A stretch of DNA of 64,000 bases from an uncultured Methylomirabilota bacterium (GCA_963845565.1 CAWJSJ010000002.1:2528001-2592000); one strand, 5' to 3'. Positions 28,635 to 38,510 are shown, counted from the stretch's first letter. A program made the numbers and translations. The notes: a model not told the origin generated them from the letters alone.

Positions 28635-29867
28635 ATGGCACGTGTCGTCGTTACGGGCGTGGGGGCGGTGGCTCCCAATGGGATCGGGATCGACCGGTTC
28701 TGGGACAATCTCGTCCACGGGGTCTCGGGCGTCGCGACCATCACGCGGTTCGATGCGAGCAAGCACGACGTCCAGATCGCGGGCGAGGTCAAGGAGTTTG
28801 ATCCGCTCCAGTGGATCGAGAAGAAAGAGGTCCGAAAGATGGACCTCTTCATCCGGTACGCCATCGCCGCCGCCCAGATGGCGTTCGACGATGCGGGCTT
28901 GAAGGTCACCGACGACAATCGCGAGCGCATGGGTGTCTTCGTCGGGACCGGCATGGGTGGGATTCCGGCCCTGGAGGAGTCGCATCGGATCCTGCTGGAG
29001 CGCGGCCCCAGTCGGGTCAGCGCCTTCTTCATCCCGTCCATCATCACCAACCTCGGTTCGGGCCAGATCTCGATGCGGTTCGGCATGAAGGGGCCGAATT
29101 CCTGCGTGTGCACCGCCTGCGCCACCGGGAATCATGCCATCGGAGATTCCTTCCGGATCATCCAGCGCGGCGAGGCGGATGTCATGATCGCCGGCGGGAG
29201 CGAGGCCGTCATCACGCCGCTGACCATCGCCGGTTTCTCGTCCATGCGCGCCCTGTCCACCCGCAATGATGAGCCGACGCGGGCCAGTCGGCCCTTCGAC
29301 AAGCACCGCGACGGGTTCGTGATGGGTGAAGGCAGCGGGATCATGGTGCTGGAGACTCTCGATCACGCCCAGCGGCGCGGGGCCCGGATCTACGCCGAAC
29401 TGGTGGGGTACGGCATGTCGGCGGATGCCCATCACATCACGTTGCCGGCCCTGGATGGCGCGGTACGCTCCATGCGGTTGTCGCTGAAGGATGCCGCCGT
29501 GGCTCCCGCGGAGGTCGACTACGTCAACGCCCATGGGACGTCCACCCCGGTGGGCGACGCGAACGAGACGCAAGCCCTCAAAGAGGTGTTCGGCGAGCAC
29601 GCCAAGGGGTTGCCGGTGAGTTCGACCAAGTCCATGACCGGACACCTCCTGGGCGCGGCCGGCGGGATCGAGTCGGTCATCACGGTGCTGGCGATCGTCA
29701 AGGGACTGCTGCCGCCCACGATCAACTACGAGACGCCGGACCCGGAATGCGACCTGGACTACGTGCCCAACATCGCCCGCGAGACCCAGGTGCGGGTGGC
29801 CATGACCAACAGCTTCGGATTCGGCGGCACCAACGCTACGCTGGTTTTCCGGCGGTTCGAGGGGTAA
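28635..29867 (+). CDS. fabF: 3-oxoacyl-ACP synthase II
   Basis: TACATG, NAHGTST, GHLLGAAG, SFGFGGTN. Confidence 0.96.
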   Translation: MARVVVTGVGAVAPNGIGIDRFWDNLVHGVSGVATITRFDASKHDVQIAGEVKEFDPLQWIEKKEVRKMDLFIRYAIAAAQMAFDDAGLKVTDDNRERMGVFVGTGMGGIPALEESHRILLERGPSRVSAFFIPSIITNLGSGQISMRFGMKGPNSCVCTACATGNHAIGDSFRIIQRGEADVMIAGGSEAVITPLTIAGFSSMRALSTRNDEPTRASRPFDKHRDGFVMGEGSGIMVLETLDHAQRRGARIYAELVGYGMSADAHHITLPALDGAVRSMRLSLKDAAVAPAEVDYVNAHGTSTPVGDANETQALKEVFGEHAKGLPVSSTKSMTGHLLGAAGGIESVITVLAIVKGLLPPTINYETPDPECDLDYVPNIARETQVRVAMTNSFGFGGTNATLVFRRFEG

Positions 29868-30052
29868 CGCAGGTCTGCGGGGACGGGTTGCGGGGGAGGG
29901 GTGGGGACCCGGGTGCCCCGATCTTGCGGCCCGTTTCGTTTGTGTGCTTCGGGGGCCCTGATTCGGCCCGCGGGGTCGTATCCGGTCTTCCGAGACGTCC
30001 AGGCGTCCGGAGGGGTCGTTTCATCATTGGCGATACACAGGAGGAGTTGACC

Positions 30053-30844
30053 ATGCCGAAACTTGCTGCCAACTTGACCATGCTGTTCAACGACAAGCCG
30101 TTCCTGGAGCGCTTCGCCCTGGCGAAGCAGGCCGGCTTCAAGTACGTGGAGTTCCTGCACCCGTACGAGGCGCCGGCCGAGAAGGTCAAGGAGGCGCTGG
30201 ATACGAACGGCCTCCAGGTCATCAACTTCAACCTGCCCAGCGGCAACAACTGGGCCGGCGGCGACCGCGGCATCGGAGCCAGCCCGAACCGGGTGGAGGA
30301 GTTCCGGGCCGGCATCAAGGCGGCCGTCGAGTACGCCAAGATCCTGAAGACCCCGCGCGTGAACTGCCTGGTGGGGAAGATGGTCCCCGGCTTCTCCCGC
30401 GAGCAGCACATCAAGACGGCGGTGGAGAACCTGAAGATGTCCGCGGATGCGCTGGGGGCGATCGGCGTCAAGCAGATCATCGAGCACATCAACCCCTTCG
30501 ACATCCCGGGCTTCGTGCTCAATCGCGTCTCCGAGGTCCTCGACGTCATCGCCCAGGTGGGCCGGTCCAACGTCTTCGTCCAGTACGACATCTACCATGC
30601 GGCGCGGACCGAGGGGAACCTCACGCTGACGCTCCGCGAGCAGTTCGCCAAGATCGACCACATCCAGGTCGCGGACACCCCCGGGCGGAACCAGCCGGGT
30701 ACGGGCGAGATCAATTTCCCGTTCCTGTTCGCCGAGATGGACAAGCTGGGTTACCAGGGGTACGTCGGGCTGGAATACGTTCCGAAGCCGGACACGCTGA
30801 GCTCGTTTGGGTGGATCAAGCAGATGGGTTGCCAGTTGGCCTGA
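30053..30844 (+). CDS. hyi: Hydroxypyruvate isomerase
   Basis: AANLTMLF, QYDIYH, HIQVADTPGRNQPGTGEIN, GLEY; RBS GGAGGAG. Confidence 0.88.
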   Translation: MPKLAANLTMLFNDKPFLERFALAKQAGFKYVEFLHPYEAPAEKVKEALDTNGLQVINFNLPSGNNWAGGDRGIGASPNRVEEFRAGIKAAVEYAKILKTPRVNCLVGKMVPGFSREQHIKTAVENLKMSADALGAIGVKQIIEHINPFDIPGFVLNRVSEVLDVIAQVGRSNVFVQYDIYHAARTEGNLTLTLREQFAKIDHIQVADTPGRNQPGTGEINFPFLFAEMDKLGYQGYVGLEYVPKPDTLSSFGWIKQMGCQLA

Positions 30845-30968
30845 CGGCTGCCGAAAAAGGCCCATCTGCGGCGTTGGCGTGCTTGCGCGCTCGTTGCGGC
30901 GTACCTGGAGTACGCCTCACTCGGCGCATCGCGCGCCGCCTTGCATCTGGGCCTTTTTGAGCAGCCTG
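30844..30968. repeat. MITE-like palindromic repeat, family A, copy 2
   Basis: Same length, termini and internal GGCGTACCTGGAGTACGCC core as 9008-9132. Confidence 0.85.
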
Positions 30969-31032
30969 GGTGAGGGCGTGTTCTTGAGGAACCTGTTAAC
31001 GTATGAACCGCAAAAACGAAGGAGTGAGAGAC

Positions 31033-31926
31033 ATGGCAAAGATCGGATTCATCGGATTGGGGATCATGGGCAAGCCCATGGTCAAGAACTTGCTGAAGGC
31101 CGGACACGAGGTGGTGGTGTATGACGTCGTGCCCGCCGGCGTGCAAGAGGTCGTGGCGGCCGGCGCAAAGGCCGCGGCCTCGTCGAAGGCAGTCGCCGAG
31201 CAGTGCGCGCTCATCATCACCATGGTGCCGAACTCGCCGCACGTGAAGGCGGCCATCCTCGGTCCCAACGGCGTGCTGGAAGGGGCCAAGGCCGGCTCCC
31301 TGGTGGTGGACATGTCGTCCATCGATCCCACCGTGTCGAAGGAGGTCGGCGCCGAGCTGGCCAAGAAGAAGATCCGGTTCGTGGACGCGCCGGTCTCCGG
31401 CGGCGAGCCCAAGGCGGTCGACGGGACCCTGTCCATCATGTGCGGTGGGGCCAAGGCGGACTTCGACGAGGCCTTCCCGATCATGAAGTGCATGGGCGCC
31501 AGCGTGGTTCTGTGCGGCGCGGTGGGTGCCGGCAACGTCACCAAGCTGGCCAACCAGATCGTGGTGGCCTTGAACATCGCCGCCCTGTCCGAGGCGATGG
31601 TTCTGGCCACCAAGGCCGGGGTGGATCCGCAGCTGGTGTTCGACGCCATCAAGGGCGGTCTGGCGGGCAGCACGGTGATGAACGCCAAGGCCCCCATGAT
31701 GCTGGATCGCAACATCAAGCCGGGGTTCCGGATCAACCTCCACATCAAGGACCTGGACAACGCCATGGCGGCCGGCCACGCGGTCGGAGTGCCCCTGCCC
31801 CTCACCGGTCAGGCGCGCGAGATCATGGAGGCCCTCAAGATCGACGGGATGGGTGATGCGGACCACTCCGCCATCGTCCGCTACTACGAGAAGCTGGCCA
31901 AGGCCGAGGTGAAGAAGCAGGGGTAG
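31033..31926 (+). CDS. garR: 2-hydroxy-3-oxopropionate (tartronate semialdehyde) reductase
   Basis: GFIGLGIMG, DAPVSGG, KLANQ, PGFRINLHIKDL; adjacent to hyi (GarR/GlxR family). Confidence 0.88.
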   Translation: MAKIGFIGLGIMGKPMVKNLLKAGHEVVVYDVVPAGVQEVVAAGAKAAASSKAVAEQCALIITMVPNSPHVKAAILGPNGVLEGAKAGSLVVDMSSIDPTVSKEVGAELAKKKIRFVDAPVSGGEPKAVDGTLSIMCGGAKADFDEAFPIMKCMGASVVLCGAVGAGNVTKLANQIVVALNIAALSEAMVLATKAGVDPQLVFDAIKGGLAGSTVMNAKAPMMLDRNIKPGFRINLHIKDLDNAMAAGHAVGVPLPLTGQAREIMEALKIDGMGDADHSAIVRYYEKLAKAEVKKQG

Positions 31927-31949
31927 TCGGCTCGGCTCGCGCGATACCG

Positions 31950-31984
31950 AACGGGCGGGGCACGGAGTGCCTCGCCCGTTTTGT
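31950..31984 (+). terminator. Intrinsic terminator after garR
   Basis: Stem AACGGGCGGGGCAC/GTGCCTCGCCCGTT followed by T-rich tail. Confidence 0.65.
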
Positions 31985-32045
31985 CATTGGGGGTTGGAGG
32001 GGCGTCGCCGACGTGGGAGCGTGCGCCGCCGCCGCCGAGGGGGCC

Positions 32046-32441
32046 ATGGAATCTGCGACGTCGATTCGGGTCCGGTATGCGGAAACCGATGCCATGGGCA
32101 TCGTCCATCACGCGGTCTATCCCGTCTGGATGGAACTGGGCCGCTCCGATCTGTTACGACAGTTGGGGCAGAGCTATGCGGAATGGGAGAAGCGCGGGGT
32201 GATGATGAGCGTGGCGGAACTCCGCGTGCGGTATCGGGCACCCGCCCGCTACGACGAACTCGTGGAAGTCCGCACCCGCCTGAAAGAAGCCGGACGCCGT
32301 AAGGTGGTGTTTGCCTACCAGGTTGGGCGTGGGGAGACGCGGCTGGCAGAGGGGGAGAGCATCCACCTGGTGACCGGGCCCGACGGCCGCGCGCGGGTCA
32401 TGCCGGAGGAGCTGCTCCGCCTGATCTCTCGCGCGTTGTGA
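32046..32441 (+). CDS. Acyl-CoA thioesterase (YbgC/FadM, 4HBT family)
   Basis: VRYAETDAMGIVHH.VY..WME.GR; PARYD. Confidence 0.9.
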   Translation: MESATSIRVRYAETDAMGIVHHAVYPVWMELGRSDLLRQLGQSYAEWEKRGVMMSVAELRVRYRAPARYDELVEVRTRLKEAGRRKVVFAYQVGRGETRLAEGESIHLVTGPDGRARVMPEELLRLISRAL

Positions 32442-32456
32442 ACGGCGAGAACCGCA

Positions 32457-32512
32457 TAAGGAGCCGTAAGGAAATTGCAGACAATAGACAAGTTATTTCG
32501 TAACGGCTCCTA
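32457..32512 (-). repeat. Repeat family B, inverted single-hairpin copy
   Basis: Reverse complement TAGGAGCCGTTACGAAAT-N19-ATTTCCTTACGGCTCCTTA. Confidence 0.8.
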
Positions 32513-32902
32513 ACGGAAGGCTTCGTCGACCGGCACGCGCCAGCCGGTCACCAGGCGGTTGGTTTCGCTTGCCATTCCGACCACCGCCAGCAGTTCGCCC
32601 CGCATCGCCTCGGTCATCCCGCGCTTGGTCGCCGCCGCGGTGTGAGAGGCGATACAGTATTCGCAGTTGTGGGCAACGCTGACGGCGAGGTAGAGCATCT
32701 CTTTGGTCAGGGGATCGAGCGCGCCGGGCGCCATGACCTCTTTGAGGCTCTCCCAGGTGCGCTTCAACGTCCGCGGGTCGTGGGCCAGGACCTTCCAGAA
32801 ATTGTTGACGTCCGGGAGGTTGCGGGTTCGCTTGATGTCGTCGAAGACGGCGCGCACTTCCGGCCCGGCGTCGGCGTACTCGATCAGGTGTCCGTCACTC
32901 AT
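32510..32902 (-). CDS. Carboxymuconolactone decarboxylase/AhpD family protein
   Basis: GALDPLTKEM..LAVS..NCEYCIASH (CxxCxxxH). Confidence 0.88.
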   Translation of the reverse strand: MSDGHLIEYADAGPEVRAVFDDIKRTRNLPDVNNFWKVLAHDPRTLKRTWESLKEVMAPGALDPLTKEMLYLAVSVAHNCEYCIASHTAAATKRGMTEAMRGELLAVVGMASETNRLVTGWRVPVDEAFR

Positions 32903-32968
32903 GGGGTCTCCTTTCGCGGCGTGCGGCTCGGCGCGGTCAGCGGGAGCGGAAGCGGGCGGCGGACCGTG

Positions 32969-33445
32969 TCACGGGTCAGCCGCCGGGGAAAGCGTGGTGA
33001 CCGCGAACTCGACGTCGGGTCGGCCGCGCGTCAACTCGGCCAGGAAGCCTTCCAGGAAGGCTCGGCGAATCTTCTCGGGCGGCTCCTTCGGGAAGAGCCG
33101 AAAGGGAAGGTCCAGGGCGATCTGGGTGCAGCGGAGATCGAGGATGGTCTGCGCGGTCTGATACGACAAGCGATAGAGGGCCGTCATGGAGAATTCAGCG
33201 CGTTCCCCGAGGCCGACCACCAGGACGCGCTCGGCCTTGACCTTGTGATGGGGCCGGAGGAGGACGCTGCTGTCTCGCTCCCCGGTGAATTTTCCCCGGG
33301 CGCGCAGGCGCGACACGGGGCTCAGCAGGATCCAGTCGAGGCGCCCCAGCCGTCCTTGCGGGGCAGGCTCGTCCTTCGGATCGAACAGGACAAGCACTTC
33401 GGTCCGGATGTCCTCCAGGCGTTCGTCGGTGGTCGGGATGTCCAT
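32969..33445 (-). CDS. Stand-alone peptidase M17 N-terminal-domain-like protein
   Basis: PQG..GRLDW.L...SRL...GKFTG..VLL..K.KAERVLVVGLG pattern; no catalytic domain. Confidence 0.65.
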   Translation of the reverse strand: MDIPTTDERLEDIRTEVLVLFDPKDEPAPQGRLGRLDWILLSPVSRLRARGKFTGERDSSVLLRPHHKVKAERVLVVGLGERAEFSMTALYRLSYQTAQTILDLRCTQIALDLPFRLFPKEPPEKIRRAFLEGFLAELTRGRPDVEFAVTTLSPAADP

Positions 33446-33446
33446 C

Positions 33447-33872
33447 TCAGGCGGGGGAATGCGGCTGGGGATGGAGGTGGAGGCGGATCTGGTCCAGGAT
33501 CCCGTTCACGAACGCGCTCGACTCCTCGCTGCCGTACAACTTCGCCAACTCGATCGCCTCGTTGATGGCCACGCGCTCGGGAATATCGTCGCGATAGAGT
33601 AATTCGTAGGCCGCCAGCCGCAGGATGTTCCGCTCCACGGGCGCGATGCGGGCCAGGCTCCAGTGGGCGGCGTTCGCCTGGATGACCTCGTCAAGCTCCG
33701 CCGTCTTCTCGGCGGTCCCGCGCACCAGCGCCTCGGCAAACGCGCTCACCTCCGGCGGCACCACGCGATCCCGCCAGAATTCCCGCAACACCAGCCCGAG
33801 ATCGGTCGGCCGGAAATCCAGCTCGTACAGCACCATCAGCGCGAGCTCCCGCGCCTTGCGTCGTTTGCCCAT
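33447..33872 (-). CDS. nusB: Transcription antitermination factor NusB
   Basis: RRKARELAL..LY, VAINEAIELAK.YG, FVNGILD. Confidence 0.96.
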   Translation of the reverse strand: MGKRRKARELALMVLYELDFRPTDLGLVLREFWRDRVVPPEVSAFAEALVRGTAEKTAELDEVIQANAAHWSLARIAPVERNILRLAAYELLYRDDIPERVAINEAIELAKLYGSEESSAFVNGILDQIRLHLHPQPHSPA

Positions 33873-33873
33873 G

Positions 33874-33957
33874 GTTCAGCTTTCAGCGGTCAGCGTTCAG
33901 CGGTCAGCGGGAAGCGTCAGCGGTTATCCGGGGCTGATAGCAGACCGCTGAACGCTG
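33874..33957. repeat. Inverted heptamer tandem array between ribH and nusB
   Basis: (NNTCAGC)x5 followed by reverse-complement-type units GCTGATA GCAGACC GCTGAAC GCTG. Confidence 0.7.
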
Positions 33958-33968
33958 CGTGCTGTTCG

Positions 33969-34436
33969 TCACTTCAATTCCCGAAGCAGATTGGCCATCT
34001 CGATAGCCGAGCAGGCGGCGTCAAAGCCCTTGTTGCCCGCCTTGGTGCCGGCGCGCTCCACGGCTTGCTCGATCGAATCGGTGGTCAGCACCCCGAACAG
34101 GACCGGCACCCCCGTTTCCAGACCGACCATGGCCACGCCCTTGGCGACTTCACCGGCGATATACTCGAAGTGCGGCGTGGCGCCGCGGATGACCGTTCCC
34201 AGGCAGATGACCGCATCGTACTGGTGCGAGGCCGCCATCTTCTTGGCGATCAGCGGGATCTCGTAGGATCCGGGCACCCGCGCCACCGTGATTCTGTCCT
34301 CGTCGGCGCCGTGGCGTCGCAACGCGTCCAGCGCCCCGTCGAGCAGACGTGCGGTGATGAACTCGTTGAACCGGCTTGCCACGATGCCGAAGGCGAATCC
34401 CTTGGCGGTCAGGTTTCCTTCCAACATTCGCGCCAT
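33969..34436 (-). CDS. ribH: 6,7-dimethyl-8-ribityllumazine synthase
   Basis: [30 protein letters not shown]. Confidence 0.97.
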   Translation of the reverse strand: MARMLEGNLTAKGFAFGIVASRFNEFITARLLDGALDALRRHGADEDRITVARVPGSYEIPLIAKKMAASHQYDAVICLGTVIRGATPHFEYIAGEVAKGVAMVGLETGVPVLFGVLTTDSIEQAVERAGTKAGNKGFDAACSAIEMANLLRELK

Positions 34437-34468
34437 CTGCGCTCTCCTTCCCCGGCGGGGGGCGTCGT

Positions 34469-34572
34469 TAGGAGCCGTTACGAAATAACCTATACATCTC
34501 TTTCTATTTCGTTACGGCTCCTTATGCCGTTTCGGAATGTCTCCGCTCAACCTATTCTTTGACAACGGCTTA
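34469..34572 (+). repeat. Double-hairpin repeat family B, copy 2
   Basis: TAGGAGCCGTTACGAAAT..ATTTCGTTACGGCTCCTTATGCCGTT..ATTCTTTGACAACGGCTTA. Confidence 0.88.
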
Positions 34573-35970
34573 GCGACTCGGTTTCTTCCGGGCGGCAGGG
34601 ACCGCCGCGGTCGCGGCCTGGCGGCGCCCGCGAGGCGACCGCGCGGGCAAGATGAGGTGGCCCAGCTTTTCGCGCTTGGTGGTGAGATACCCCAGATTCA
34701 TGGCCGTCGGCGGGATGACCAGGGGGAGCCGTTCCACGACCTCCAGACCATACCCCTCCAGGCCCACGATCTTCCGCGGGTTGTTGGTCATGAGGCGGAG
34801 CTTGGAGATCCCCAGATCCACGAGAATCTGGGCGCCGACGCCGTAATCCCGAAGATCGGGTTTGAAGCCGAGCTGCTCGTTCGCCTCGACCGTGTCGAAC
34901 CCCTGGTCCTGCAACTCGTAGGCCCGGAGCTTATTGGCGAGGCCGATGCCGCGTCCCTCCTGGCGGATGTAGAGGAGGACGCCGCGCCCCTCCTCGGCGA
35001 TCCGTGCCAGGGCGCGGTCCAGTTGGGCACCGCAATCGCAGCGGAGCGAACCGAGTGCGTCGCCGGTCAGACACTCGGAGTGCACGCGGACCAGCGTCGG
35101 CTCGCCGGGCCGCACCTCGCCCCGGATGAGGGCCAGATGATGCTTCTGATCCACCTGACTGTGGTACAGGATCGTCCGGAAGGCGCCGTGCCGGGTGGGC
35201 AACTCGGTGGTGGCCACGCGGGTCACGAACTTCTCCCGCTTCATCCGGTAGTCGATCAGGTCCTTGATGGTGATCATCAAGAGCCCGTGCCGTCGGGAGA
35301 AGCGGTGCAGTTCCGGCACGCGCGCCATGCTGCCGTCCGGGTTCATGATCTCGCAGATCACGCCCGCCGGATAGAGGCCCGCCAGGCGCGCCAGATCCAC
35401 GGCGGCTTCCGTCTGGCCGGCGCGAGTCAACACCCCGCCCTCCCGCGCCCGGAGCGGAAACGTGTGCCCCGGCCGGGCGAGATCCTCGGGCCGCGTGTTC
35501 GGGTCCAGGATGGTCTTGATCGTGACCGCGCGGTCGTGGGCGGAGATACCCGTGCTGACCTCGCGCTTGGCTTCCACCGAGACCGCGAAGGCGGTCTCGA
35601 AGGCGGAGGTGTTCTCCGAGACCATGGCCGGGATCTTGAGCTGATCCAGCCGCTCGCCGATGATCGGCAAGCAGATCAACCCTCGCCCGTGGGCGGCCAT
35701 GAAATTGACCGCGGCCGCGGTGACTTTCTCGGCCGCCATGGTCAAGTCGCCCTCGTTCTCCCGGTCCTCGTCGTCCACCACGATGACGAGCTTGCCGTTG
35801 CGGATGTCCCGGATGGCATCCTCGATCCGGGCGAACCGCAAGGCAGCCCCATGCCGGGCGCCCTCGGGGGCGCGTCGGGTCTTGGCGGCTGGTACCCCCC
35901 GTCGCGGCTGGGCCGCGGCGCGGCCGGCAGCGGGAACGGCGACGTTGGAGGCGCGTCGTGCAACGCTCAT
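34570..35970 (-). CDS. ribBA: Bifunctional DHBP synthase / GTP cyclohydrolase II
   Basis: [47 protein letters not shown] overlap with ribE. Confidence 0.96.
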   Translation of the reverse strand: MSVARRASNVAVPAAGRAAAQPRRGVPAAKTRRAPEGARHGAALRFARIEDAIRDIRNGKLVIVVDDEDRENEGDLTMAAEKVTAAAVNFMAAHGRGLICLPIIGERLDQLKIPAMVSENTSAFETAFAVSVEAKREVSTGISAHDRAVTIKTILDPNTRPEDLARPGHTFPLRAREGGVLTRAGQTEAAVDLARLAGLYPAGVICEIMNPDGSMARVPELHRFSRRHGLLMITIKDLIDYRMKREKFVTRVATTELPTRHGAFRTILYHSQVDQKHHLALIRGEVRPGEPTLVRVHSECLTGDALGSLRCDCGAQLDRALARIAEEGRGVLLYIRQEGRGIGLANKLRAYELQDQGFDTVEANEQLGFKPDLRDYGVGAQILVDLGISKLRLMTNNPRKIVGLEGYGLEVVERLPLVIPPTAMNLGYLTTKREKLGHLILPARSPRGRRQAATAAVPAARKKPSR

Positions 35971-36617
35971 GCGAACCCGTACTCCTTTAACACGGTCAAG
36001 GTCACGTCGCCCGCGCCCGGCGCCATCCCCCGCCCGGCGGCGAGGCGCGCTACGTACTTCCCGATGAGATCCGTCTCCAGGTTCAACTGGGCGCCCACCT
36101 GCTTCTCCGCGAGCGTGGTGCCCTGAAGCGTGTACGGGATCACGGCCACGTCGAAGTGGAGGCCCGCCAGGGCGGCCACCGTCAAGCTGATGCCGTCCAC
36201 CGCGACGGACCCCTTGGAGACCAAGAAGGACGCGAGTGACTCCGGAAACCGGATGCGGTACACCGCTCCTTCCCCCTGCGGGGTCCGTCCGACCAGCCGG
36301 CCCACGCCATCCACGTGGCCGCTCACCAGGTGGCCGCCCACCCGGTCGCCCAGCCGAAGCGGACGCTCCAGGTTGACGCGGGTCCCGACGCGCAACGCTC
36401 CGAGGGTGGTGCGGGCGAGCGTCTCGGCCGACAGGTCGCACGCCATCGCCGTGCCCGCCACCGCGGTGACCGTCAGGCACGCCCCTTCCACGGCGAGACT
36501 ATCCCCTGGCCGAGTCGCCTGGGCAATGGGTGCCGCGGCGATCTCGACGCGAGCGCCCGTCGAGTGGCGGGTGAGCTGGCGGATGGTGCCGATGGCTTCG
36601 ATGATTCCCGTGAACAC
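35967..36617 (-). CDS. ribE: Riboflavin synthase alpha chain
   Basis: [34 protein letters not shown]. Confidence 0.96.
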   Translation of the reverse strand: MFTGIIEAIGTIRQLTRHSTGARVEIAAAPIAQATRPGDSLAVEGACLTVTAVAGTAMACDLSAETLARTTLGALRVGTRVNLERPLRLGDRVGGHLVSGHVDGVGRLVGRTPQGEGAVYRIRFPESLASFLVSKGSVAVDGISLTVAALAGLHFDVAVIPYTLQGTTLAEKQVGAQLNLETDLIGKYVARLAAGRGMAPGAGDVTLTVLKEYGFA

Positions 36618-36650
36618 GACTGCCCGCAGTCTGTCGAGCGCCGGCGCTGT

Positions 36651-36755
36651 TAGGAGCCGTTACGAAATAGGTTGTCCATATTTTGAAATTTCGTTACGGC
36701 TCCTTATGCCGTTCCCGAAATTTCTCCGCTCAAGTTATTCTTTGGCAACGGCTTA
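36651..36755 (+). repeat. Double-hairpin repeat family B, copy 3
   Basis: Same architecture as copies at 28451 and 34469. Confidence 0.88.
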
Positions 36756-37883
36756 GCGCAGATAGCCCTCGATCAAAATGTCCTCGCCGAACCGCTCGAG
36801 GCGCACGTTTCGCAACCGCGTGGCCTGCCGGAGCGTCTCGATGCCGTCGCCGCCGACGGCGGTGGGGGTGGACGTTCCCCCGATCAGGATGGGCGCCAGA
36901 AAGAGCAGGAGCTTGTCCACCACGCCCTCCTGCAGGGCGGAGGCGTTGATCTCGGCCCCGCCCTCGACCATCACCGACAGGAATCCCATCTTTCCCAGCG
37001 CTTCCATCAGGCGCGCCAGCGACACACGCCGAGGACTTTCCGGCACCGCCAGCACCTGCACGCCTTCCCGCTCCAAGGCGTCGAGCCGAGCGCGCGGCGC
37101 CATCTCGGACACGGCGAGGATCGTCGGGGCGGTCGAGGCCCGGTTGATCACCTGGGCTCGCAAGGGTAAGCGCGCGAGATTATCCACGATCACCCGCGTC
37201 GGGTCCCGCTGATCGGATGTCCCCAGGCGCGTGGTGAGCATCGGGTCGTCCCGCAGGATCGTGCCGATGCCGACCAGGACGGCATCCACTTCGTTCCGGA
37301 TGTGATGGACGTGCTGGCGGGCGCTCTCTCCGGTGATCCAGCGGGAGTCGCCCGTCCGCGTCGCGATCTTGCCGTCCAGACTGGCGGCAGCCTTCAAGAT
37401 GACAAAAGGCCGCCCGGTGCGGACAAACGTGAAGAACGCTTCGTTGAGCCGGGTGGCGTCCTCCGCCAACACGCCGACATCGACGGTCACGCCCGCCGCG
37501 CGCAGTGCCGCGAATCCCTTCCCACTGACCGCGGGGTTGGGGTCCTCGCAGGGGGCGACCACCCGGGCGACCTCCGCTTTGATGATCCGATCCACGCACG
37601 GCGGCGTCCGCCCGAAGTGGCAGCAGGGCTCCAGGGTGACATAGAGCGTGGCGCCGGCCGCGTCGGATTCCGCCTCGCGAAGCGCCTCGAGTTCCGCGTG
37701 GCCGGAGCCGGCGAAGGAATGGAATCCTTCGCCGACGACGGTCCCGTCTTTCACCAGGACCGCACCCACCATCGGGTTGGGACTGGTCCGCCCCCGTGCG
37801 CGCGCCGCAAGTTCTAGCGCGCGCCGCATATACGTCCGATCCGCCTCGGACGGGTCGGTTATGTTCGCGCAACTTTGCGTCAT
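36753..37883 (-). CDS. ribD: Bifunctional deaminase/reductase RibD
   Basis: PNPMVGA, HAE, TLEPCCH.GRTPPC, SLDGKIA, VEGG; start uncertain. Confidence 0.95.
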   Translation of the reverse strand: MTQSCANITDPSEADRTYMRRALELAARARGRTSPNPMVGAVLVKDGTVVGEGFHSFAGSGHAELEALREAESDAAGATLYVTLEPCCHFGRTPPCVDRIIKAEVARVVAPCEDPNPAVSGKGFAALRAAGVTVDVGVLAEDATRLNEAFFTFVRTGRPFVILKAAASLDGKIATRTGDSRWITGESARQHVHHIRNEVDAVLVGIGTILRDDPMLTTRLGTSDQRDPTRVIVDNLARLPLRAQVINRASTAPTILAVSEMAPRARLDALEREGVQVLAVPESPRRVSLARLMEALGKMGFLSVMVEGGAEINASALQEGVVDKLLLFLAPILIGGTSTPTAVGGDGIETLRQATRLRNVRLERFGEDILIEGYLR

Positions 37884-37902
37884 ATAACGATTTCCGCGGA
37901 GG

Positions 37903-37931
37903 AAGGTAACACTGTGCCGGGGAGGTGTCAA
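37903..37931 (-). promoter_or_regulatory. Putative sigma70 promoter of rib operon
   Basis: Minus strand TTGACA-N17-TACCTT with extended TG. Confidence 0.6.
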
Positions 37932-38104
37932 GGCGAAAGCCCCCGCGCGACGCGCCGCGCGTCGCGGGCCTGGAGTCTGAGAGGCGAGACGATAGTGGGA
38001 CATGCAGAGCAGGCGGGTTTGGGGGTACGGTGGAACCCGCACGTCGAGAGCCATCGAAAGAAACGGCAAGAACGAGTGGAGTGCCGCCTCGGCTGCACGG
38101 CACA

Positions 38105-38188
38105 ATCTCTGTGACCGCAGAGGACATCACCGAACACAAGCGGGCAGAAGAGGAATTGAAGAGGCACCGGGAGCACCTGGGGGGATGA
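38105..38188 (+). pseudogene. PAS/PAC signalling protein remnant
   Basis: EDITEHKRAEEELKRHREHL matches the DITERK.AEE.L PAC-linker motif; no rest of gene visible. Confidence 0.65.
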
Positions 38189-38355
38189 TCGCGAAGCGGC
38201 GGATGCTGCTCAATCCGTTGAAGGTCCGTTACGCCGATGCGGCGGTCTTCATGGACATTGCGTCGGTCATCAACTCGTACGAGCTGGCGGGCGATGTCAG
38301 CCTCAAGAACCAGTACGGTCCGCCTGGAGCCGGTAACACCTGGGTCGCCCTGGGA
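38185..38355 (+). pseudogene. Fragment of an uncharacterised protein family
   Basis: MLLNPLKVRYADAAVFMDIASVINSYEL resembles a motif I recall from uncharacterised secreted proteins; frame then loses coding character. Confidence 0.35.
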
Positions 38356-38510
38356 GTTAGGCAACTGAGTAACTGGGGGGATCGGGCGATTGGGAACCCG
38401 AGGAGCGAGAACGGCGAATGCAGGTGCGGGTTGTACCGAGTTGCCGAGTCACCGGTCCTTCGCGGCCGTGGCGTCTTTGCGAGAGTCGGCTCTTGGAACA
38501 GCACGCGGCG

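Noticed and set aside
35971..36480. Upstream extension of the ribBA ORF
   Set aside because: Overlaps ribE out of frame; the ATGA coupling at 35967-35970 gives a better start.
28451..36755. Family B repeats as a CRISPR array
   Set aside because: Copies are dispersed, arms are inverted rather than tandem direct repeats, loops are related to each other, and no cas genes are present.
37884..38105. FMN riboswitch or extended ribD N-terminus
   Set aside because: No FMN aptamer motifs; a promoter-like sequence lies just upstream of the ATG at 37883, so the longer ORF start is unlikely.
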